Below are positions 56,891 through 64,000 of a stretch of DNA of 64,000 nucleotides, piece by piece. The first letter of the stretch is position 1. Each line of letters begins with the position of its first letter. The notes below the pieces were generated by a model, which was given only the letters and a program-made list of their open reading frames with translations, had not been told where the DNA came from and ran no database searches. Where the stretch lies: the IMG/VR virus record IMGVR_UViG_3300037851_000431, positions 1-64,000 of that record. One strand, given 5' to 3'. This DNA is from a virus. A program made the translations under genes and the position numbers.

Positions 56891-59800
56891 ATGGAGTATC
56901 AAAACTACGGACAAGCGGTAGTCTATATTGTTCTGCCTTATGTAGTTGAGTGGAAGTTTGATGAAATTTCTGGAAGTACGCTGTACGATACTCTCAATAC
57001 TAATAACCTTACCGTTACAGGGGCGCTTACCCTTAATCAAGCAGGACCGAATTTATATAATTCAAGCGATAGGGCTGTTACCTTTCCGGGTTCAACAAGT
57101 GCCTATGCGGTCAAAACTTCCCCCACAGGATTACCTACTGGCGCTTCGGCGCGTTCTATTGAGGTTTGGTTTAAAACCACGTCTACTGCTACCCAAACTC
57201 TTATAAGTTATGGTACTGCCAGTACTCGACAAAGTTTTGGTCTTAAGATAAATGGATCAAATTCTATAGGGTTTTGGACATATAGTGATGATGGATACTA
57301 TCCAGCAACAGTAAATAATGGAGCTTGGCATCAACTTGTTGTAACATATAATGGTGGAGTAATTGTTTACGCATATTTAGATGGTATTCAGATTGGAGGA
57401 AAAAATCTCGGGGGAACCTTAAATACTGTTGTTAATGCTAATGGTATAGTAGTAGGAAAAGATTTTCATGCTAGTGCTAATGCATTTAACGGGCAGATAG
57501 GTCAGATTAAAGTCTATAATTTTAAATTATCTCCAATACAAATTTCATCTCAATATAATTTAATATTAAGAGGATTTAGTCTTGCACAAGCACAAGCAGC
57601 CATTCGTGGATTTGTATATGCTCAAACACAAACAGAAATAACACCAACTAAAGCCGCTTTTGCTCAAAGCGAAGTTTTTATAAATAACTGGAATGTTTTT
57701 GCTCAAGCTCAAGCCTTTATTTTTACTTATATAAGTTTAGGACAGGCAGAAACTTTTATTGGTCCTAGATATAAAATTGCTCAAGCAAAAATACTTGTAG
57801 ATTCTCCTATTAAAAATGCTCTAGCTTCAGTTAGAGCACAAATAACTGCTACTACAATACATGGTCTTGCTCAGGTAAAAATATGGGACCAAAGAGCATT
57901 CGGTCAAGCGCACACTAACATACTTCTACCTTTCTATTGGGAAGATCATCAGTTAAAAGATGATGTGTTTGAAGCAGAAACAATATACCTAGGAAGAAAT
58001 ACTTATATAGGCCCACAAAATCTAAATAGTTTTACAGTAAATACAGGTGAAATTTACGATCCTACCTACGTAGGAACATATTATAAAACAGGCTGGATAA
58101 AAATTGTAGTATCCAGTTCTATGACTTTAAGAATAGATACTTTTGGTAGTACTGGAAATCCCTATCTATCTCTTATGGCTAATGAACCGGGAAGTTTCGA
58201 CTTTTATAATTGGGGATATAAAACACTTCCTGCATGTGGTGTTGCTGCTGGTACTTATTATATCGAAGTATCTGCTGATTCTGGTGCTTCTCTCGATAGT
58301 GTTTATTTAAGAATAAGTAGTACTAGTTTTCCTGCATCATCTCCTCAGGCTTTAGGTCAGGCACAAGTATATATTTATCGAGCGCCCCAAAATGATACAC
58401 AAATCTATAGCCAATCTTTGACTTATACTTTAAGAGAACAAGATTATTATAATGAAATAATAGATAATGATGATCCTCTTGCTTATTATAAATTTAATGA
58501 AGATGTAGATTATTTATATAATGATGGAATTATAGATTCATTAGGAAATAGAAATATAATCTATAATTATTCCAACGGTGAGTCTAAACCTCTTTATATT
58601 CAGGGTCCAATTTGGCCTGATTTCAGGGGTATACAACTTGGTCAATCTTATGTGTATTATTATAGTAGCACACAAGGATTATTTACAGGAACTCAGGGTT
58701 GGGCAATAGAGTATTGGGTAAGACCAAATAATCCAGATCAATCTTGGTGTTTTAGACTGTATGATTATAATACATCAGACTATTATATATATCTTGGCTT
58801 AGGTGATCCATCTAATGTGCCCGAAGGTAGTTTACCTTGGTATAATTATACGCCTAACGTGGGAACGCAAGCTATCTTGGCAGTCTATGATTATACTAAT
58901 AGTACATATTATTATAATTATATTGCTAGTCCATCACCTATTTCTAATGAGGATTGGCATCATGTTGTAGGTACTCTTTCAAATGATGGTACAACACTTA
59001 AACTTTATGTAGATGGAAAATTAGTAGCATCTAAAGCATTAGGACATAATGCTAATAAAGTTTGGACAGGCTGGCATCAATATATTCCCGATGATTCGGC
59101 TTATAATGTACAAATAGATGACTATGTTATTTATGATCATGAGTTAACAGAAGATCGGGTATTAAGACACTATAATCTTGTTAATTATGTTTCTTCAGAT
59201 ACACAATTTATCTGGTCACAGGCTCAAACCTTTGTTGTTTATCAAGACGGTAATACGTATACACGATTTAATGTAGGTCAAGCTCAAGTATATAGTGGCT
59301 CATACAAAATATTTGCTCAAGCTATATGTATAATCAAAGTAATAACTGATAGTTATGGTTTATTAGTAGCACAAGATGGAGCAGTTCATTTATATGGAAT
59401 GCATTTAATAAATGCTAGCGGCGGCAGTGATATATACTATTGGGATGATGATATAGGGACGGCTGATGTTTCTAGTTTTTCTGGTACATTTAATTATACA
59501 CTTTCTCCTATTGGTTCTGAGTATTATGGTTTAGTTCAAAGTACAACTTCTGCTAATAGATATTGGACTAGTTCTGCTACTAATAGATTAAAAGAGCTTT
59601 ATGATGTAACTAAATCATGGACAATTGAAACATGGGTTAGATCACCGGGGTCCGCTAATCAACAGGGATGGGTATGGTCATTAGGTGCAACATCCCCCGG
59701 ATATTATCTCGCAGCATTAGGTTTTGGAAGTGGTACTACTAATCCCGCTAATGGAAATCAAATTATTGTTCATTTTTATAATCCTACTACATATGGAACT

Positions 59801-62800
59801 GTTTATGATACTGGAATAACTTACACCCCTAATACTTGGTATCATACCGCAGTTACTTATAACGGTAATAAGGTTTTTAGTGTTTACATAAATGGAACAT
59901 TAGTTAAAACAATTAATTATTCTTATTGGTTATATAATTTACCATATTTTTATCTAGCTTATAATTTTTATTGGGGATCAAATAGTGTAGTATTAGCATA
60001 CGATAATTTAGCAATCTACCCATTTGAATTGTCTCTAAGTAAAATTATATCCCATTCTGAATATAGGGCAACAATTACAAATGCTTATGCTTCCGCATCA
60101 TTCCAAATAAATTCTAATAAATATAATCAGTATGCAAGTGCTGCATTCTATCCTTGGAATCCTACTGGAACAAATAAAGTACAACAGTACTCTCAGGCTG
60201 CTTCCTATCGCCCTTACTACGTATTTGGTCAGGCAAATGCTATTACAAATGTTATACAACAATCATATTATGGATTAGCTGTTGCTAGTATTTTACAAAC
60301 ATATCCTTTACCAGATTATAAAGCAGTGGTATTGGCAGATACACCGGATGTATATTGGCCGTTTGATGATAGTACTGTTACTACCGCGAAAGAGATTGTT
60401 GCTAATAAAATAGCAACACTTGGAGGTTCAAGTACATCACCAACACCAAATACCTATATTGGATATGGTGGTATTGATCCCGGTTGGTCGTGGGCAGGAA
60501 CATCAAGATATGTATATACTAGTTATGCTCAACCTTCTACTAATATTGCTATTGTAGAAGCATGGTTTAAAACTACAGGAACAGGTGAAATTTGGCAAGG
60601 TCGCTATAATCTTGCAGGGAATACCTCTGGAAAAGGTATTACTTTAACATTAAATTCAACTGTAGGATTTGGATGCGAAAACGGTAAACTTAACTTCTTT
60701 GTAAATTCTGATGGTATACTACACGGCATTAAATCCAATAATTTCTATAACGATAATCAGTTATATCATGTTGTAGCAGCATGGCGATCTAGTACGGGTG
60801 TAGGACTTAATAATAGTCAATTTAGTTTGTATGTAAATGGAGTACAAATCTCAACTACGAACCTTAGTACGGCTGGATCGGCTACAGCACCATTAGCAGG
60901 AAATACTGATACCCCATTCGCGGGCGCAAGGTATGGTGTTTTCTCAGGTTATTTATCAAATATAGCATTCTATACACATGATCTAACAACCGATCAAATT
61001 CTTGCCCACTACGATGCCAGAGGATTAGCTGTTAATGCTCGTCCTTTTGGTCAAGCACAGGTATATATTGGACACTTTTTGCCCGGTTTAGCTCAAGCCC
61101 TAATACGGCAAACTACACCTAATTATCCTGTATTTGGTGATAATGGTCCATTTGGTTTAGCTCAAACAATTATTTGGCCATTTAAATTTGGTTTAGCTAT
61201 AGCACAAATTGCTTGGGAACAGGAAGGTTATAGAAAAACTGTACTTGCAGATAAACCTATTTTATACTACCCAATGGAGGAACCAAACTTTAACAATGAT
61301 CTTACAAATCTTGTAAGATATCCTGTAGGTGGTTCAGCAAATTATAGTGCTTCGTCTGTTTATAGTGCTTCATATTCGGTTGACAAAGCTGCTGATGGTA
61401 ACTATGCCGATGGTTGGGCAGCCCTAGGTTATACATCAGGAGAATATTGGAAAGTAACTTGGACTGTACCTCAAACCTTTAAAACTCTTAGGTTGGTTGC
61501 TAGACCCGGTAATGATTATTTTGGTATTGGTTACATTGAATTATATGATGGTACTAATACAACAATAATAGATAATATAACTTACCCGCCTACTCCAAAC
61601 GGAAGTTCAATTTATACTATAAATGCAGAAAATATTCTGTCTATGAAATTAGTAAGTACAAGTGGGGGGGTATCTAATCCCGGCTTCTCAGAGGTAGAGG
61701 CGTTTGATGCTTACGATGCGGCTGGTGTTTTACATACAATAGTAGGCCGAAGAAATGGTTATTGGACAGGAGCATCGGCTACATTTAATGGGGTAAGTCC
61801 TGTATATCCCGGTAAGTCCATCGCATTTAATGGTAATGCGGTATATATTTCCCCTAATGTTAACTATACTACAATTACTGAAAATTTAACTATTCCCGGT
61901 ATTTATTCTTCTGTAGATAATCATAATATTATAGGAAATGATTTTTGGGCAGTAACAGGAGATACCATTACCTTTAGATTAAAAATGACAAATGGTTCTC
62001 CTTATAGTATAGGTGTATACGATGTAACAAATGGGGGAGCCAACAACTGGCTCCAAGTTGCCAGTCAGTATTCGTATATTGATGAAAATGGTTACAAAGT
62101 CTTTAATATTACTATCACTGCTACAGGATTTTTTCACCCCTATATTTATAGTTATAGTAGCTCTTATGCTGGAACAGGTACTATAACAAGAAAACATTAC
62201 GATCAAGATTCTATGATTCCAATAGGAGATTTTCCAACTCCTAATAATGCCTGTGTAACAATTGAAAGCTGGGTTAAATGGGATGGAACAACAAATCGAA
62301 TGATCTTTGGATTTGATTGGAATGATTTGTTTGTAATCTCACAATCAGGTATAGGCTTTATAGGATTTAATACAGGTAATAGTGATAATTATGGGGTAGC
62401 CGCCTTGTCTGTTGGCGGTTGGTATCATATAGTTGCTGTCTTTTATGCTGGACAGTATACAACTATTAAAAATAAGTTGTATATAAACGGTGTTCGTCAA
62501 GAATTAGCATACATAGATGGTAATATATCAAGACAATATCCTACATTTGGACAAGATTTTTATATAGGAAGTTGGCCTACTAATACATCATATCAGTGGA
62601 CAGGCGCTCTAGATGAGTTTGCTATCTTTAATTATGAGTTAACACCTGAACAGATATTAACACATTATAATGCGAGAACAAACTTTCAAGCATTTGCTTA
62701 TAGCCAAGCACATATTTACGTTTACGGCGGAAGTGGCGATCCTCCATATCCACGTAATCAGATGTATGCCGGTGCCTTTACTCATGTTAATACACATTTT

Positions 62801-64000
62801 GGAATTGCTCAAGCCGAAGCAAGAATTATAGGAACCTATTATTTAGGTAGTCAAGCGTTAGCATTAACCACCACACCCGGACAGGGCTTAATGCGAATGA
62901 TCTGGAATGGTGGAGCATATGCTATTGAGAATATCTTTAATTGGTACATTGAGGATGGAGCAAGTCAACCTAATTATTCAAATGGTAATCCTATTCCTTA
63001 TTTCCCCGGTCCTAATGGTGGTGCTGCATGGTCTGCTAGATTTGTAGCAGATGAAGAGGGATGGTGGCAATTTCAGACTTATTCTGATGATAACTCTGAA
63101 TTATGGATTAATAATACAAGAGTAGTGGCAAATAATGGTGGAGGAGGATCAGGCAGTTTCTTTGAGGGTGGACAATCTCCTACTTATAGTAGTGTTGGTT
63201 CTATTTATTTATACGATGGAGCAGAATATAATCTACATCTGCGTTTCGGGAACCTTAATAATTCCGGTTGGGTTATAGGAGCATGGTACAAACGACCAAC
63301 TGACAGTGAATTGAAATATTTAACTAACGGTAGTCCTCCTTGGTTAGATGCTCCAAAGACTAGGAAGTATTCTCAGGCCCAAGCAGAAATTTTCCCACAA
63401 CCCCGTCGTAATCAATCTGCACAAGCAGAAGCTAATATAATTAGAATAATAAAGGTTCATGCTCAGGCGCAGGTACGAGTGAGTTGGCAGCATTGGGCAC
63501 AGGCTAATGCTAGGATAATTGCTTTTAATGTTAATGCATATGGTCAGGCAAGGGTAGTAGCAGGACACCAGCATCACGCTAATGCTCAGGCTAAACTTAA
63601 TTCATTTGATTGGCCACAGTGGGGACAATCTCAAGCAAATATCTATAAATCTGCTGGTTATGGTTTAGCTAGAGCGCATATATATAGAACTGAATATTGC
63701 ATAGGTTATGCTGTAGCAATAATTTTGGGTGGGGTAGGAAAAGGAATTACGCAAGCAAATATTAAACAGACCTACCCATTAATGAGTATGGATGTTAATT
63801 ACGCTCTTATTTCTCAAGGTGCTACAGCCTTTGACTCTACAGGACAACAGGATGTTCCTTACTATGCTATTGATGGAGATGATTTAGGCTCTGCATGGAT
63901 TCTAGGAGGAGCAGCATTAGGTCAATTCCTTGTAGTTAATTTAGGACAATATAGAACTATTAACTTCATAAGAATTTTACCTGTTACTTATAACTGTGTA
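56891..64000 (+). CDS. giant multi-lectin AQAQA-linker protein (3' partial, at least 2370 aa; not in ORF track)
   Basis: ATG 56891. Segments translated by hand stay in one frame to the window end, and the track lists no terminated ORF in this frame. About five LamG-like modules (IEVWFK, WHHVV, LYVDG), F5/8 discoidin-like modules near 61330 and 63800, PA14-like module near 62900-63300 (FQTYSDDNSELWIN). Confidence 0.85.
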   Translation, partial: MEYQNYGQAVVYIVLPYVVEWKFDEISGSTLYDTLNTNNLTVTGALTLNQAGPNLYNSSDRAVTFPGSTSAYAVKTSPTGLPTGASARSIEVWFKTTSTATQTLISYGTASTRQSFGLKINGSNSIGFWTYSDDGYYPATVNNGAWHQLVVTYNGGVIVYAYLDGIQIGGKNLGGTLNTVVNANGIVVGKDFHASANAFNGQIGQIKVYNFKLSPIQISSQYNLILRGFSLAQAQAAIRGFVYAQTQTEITPTKAAFAQSEVFINNWNVFAQAQAFIFTYISLGQAETFIGPRYKIAQAKILVDSPIKNALASVRAQITATTIHGLAQVKIWDQRAFGQAHTNILLPFYWEDHQLKDDVFEAETIYLGRNTYIGPQNLNSFTVNTGEIYDPTYVGTYYKTGWIKIVVSSSMTLRIDTFGSTGNPYLSLMANEPGSFDFYNWGYKTLPACGVAAGTYYIEVSADSGASLDSVYLRISSTSFPASSPQALGQAQVYIYRAPQNDTQIYSQSLTYTLREQDYYNEIIDNDDPLAYYKFNEDVDYLYNDGIIDSLGNRNIIYNYSNGESKPLYIQGPIWPDFRGIQLGQSYVYYYSSTQGLFTGTQGWAIEYWVRPNNPDQSWCFRLYDYNTSDYYIYLGLGDPSNVPEGSLPWYNYTPNVGTQAILAVYDYTNSTYYYNYIASPSPISNEDWHHVVGTLSNDGTTLKLYVDGKLVASKALGHNANKVWTGWHQYIPDDSAYNVQIDDYVIYDHELTEDRVLRHYNLVNYVSSDTQFIWSQAQTFVVYQDGNTYTRFNVGQAQVYSGSYKIFAQAICIIKVITDSYGLLVAQDGAVHLYGMHLINASGGSDIYYWDDDIGTADVSSFSGTFNYTLSPIGSEYYGLVQSTTSANRYWTSSATNRLKELYDVTKSWTIETWVRSPGSANQQGWVWSLGATSPGYYLAALGFGSGTTNPANGNQIIVHFYNPTTYGTVYDTGITYTPNTWYHTAVTYNGNKVFSVYINGTLVKTINYSYWLYNLPYFYLAYNFYWGSNSVVLAYDNLAIYPFELSLSKIISHSEYRATITNAYASASFQINSNKYNQYASAAFYPWNPTGTNKVQQYSQAASYRPYYVFGQANAITNVIQQSYYGLAVASILQTYPLPDYKAVVLADTPDVYWPFDDSTVTTAKEIVANKIATLGGSSTSPTPNTYIGYGGIDPGWSWAGTSRYVYTSYAQPSTNIAIVEAWFKTTGTGEIWQGRYNLAGNTSGKGITLTLNSTVGFGCENGKLNFFVNSDGILHGIKSNNFYNDNQLYHVVAAWRSSTGVGLNNSQFSLYVNGVQISTTNLSTAGSATAPLAGNTDTPFAGARYGVFSGYLSNIAFYTHDLTTDQILAHYDARGLAVNARPFGQAQVYIGHFLPGLAQALIRQTTPNYPVFGDNGPFGLAQTIIWPFKFGLAIAQIAWEQEGYRKTVLADKPILYYPMEEPNFNNDLTNLVRYPVGGSANYSASSVYSASYSVDKAADGNYADGWAALGYTSGEYWKVTWTVPQTFKTLRLVARPGNDYFGIGYIELYDGTNTTIIDNITYPPTPNGSSIYTINAENILSMKLVSTSGGVSNPGFSEVEAFDAYDAAGVLHTIVGRRNGYWTGASATFNGVSPVYPGKSIAFNGNAVYISPNVNYTTITENLTIPGIYSSVDNHNIIGNDFWAVTGDTITFRLKMTNGSPYSIGVYDVTNGGANNWLQVASQYSYIDENGYKVFNITITATGFFHPYIYSYSSSYAGTGTITRKHYDQDSMIPIGDFPTPNNACVTIESWVKWDGTTNRMIFGFDWNDLFVISQSGIGFIGFNTGNSDNYGVAALSVGGWYHIVAVFYAGQYTTIKNKLYINGVRQELAYIDGNISRQYPTFGQDFYIGSWPTNTSYQWTGALDEFAIFNYELTPEQILTHYNARTNFQAFAYSQAHIYVYGGSGDPPYPRNQMYAGAFTHVNTHFGIAQAEARIIGTYYLGSQALALTTTPGQGLMRMIWNGGAYAIENIFNWYIEDGASQPNYSNGNPIPYFPGPNGGAAWSARFVADEEGWWQFQTYSDDNSELWINNTRVVANNGGGGSGSFFEGGQSPTYSSVGSIYLYDGAEYNLHLRFGNLNNSGWVIGAWYKRPTDSELKYLTNGSPPWLDAPKTRKYSQAQAEIFPQPRRNQSAQAEANIIRIIKVHAQAQVRVSWQHWAQANARIIAFNVNAYGQARVVAGHQHHANAQAKLNSFDWPQWGQSQANIYKSAGYGLARAHIYRTEYCIGYAVAIILGGVGKGITQANIKQTYPLMSMDVNYALISQGATAFDSTGQQDVPYYAIDGDDLGSAWILGGAALGQFLVVNLGQYRTINFIRILPVTYNCV

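Noticed and set aside
20522-64000. Diversity-generating retroelement or invertible tail-fibre cassette
   Set aside because: No reverse transcriptase or recombinase, and no near-identical TR/VR pair seen; the repeats are protein-level.

Overview
A 64 kb segment of a large tailed dsDNA bacteriophage, siphovirus-like. It is AT-rich, uses genetic code 11, and all credible genes are on the + strand. From left to right it carries: (1) replication genes (primase C-terminus, family A DNA polymerase, endonuclease VII). (2) An accessory region with 25 CCA-encoding tRNA genes, purA, thyX, two DNA methyltransferases, many glycosyltransferase/methyltransferase genes and a Ro60/TROVE gene. (3) Giant AQAQA-repeat fibre/adhesin genes. 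(4) A morphogenesis module: terminase, portal, protease-scaffold, capsid, adaptors, major tail protein, -1 frameshifted tail chaperone, tape measure, Dit, and a >2300-codon lectin-rich ORF that runs off the window end. The most striking feature lies just downstream of Ro60 (8925-9846): an array of five Y-RNA-like ncRNAs. They share a covarying scaffold (stem-UAGUG-stem-WCUUC), and each carries a different tRNA-derived payload. Three payloads are near-complete circularly permuted tRNAs (Pro-UGG, Lys-UUU-like, Gln-UUG-like), each opened at a different position. All calls come from reading motifs by eye; no database searches were run.
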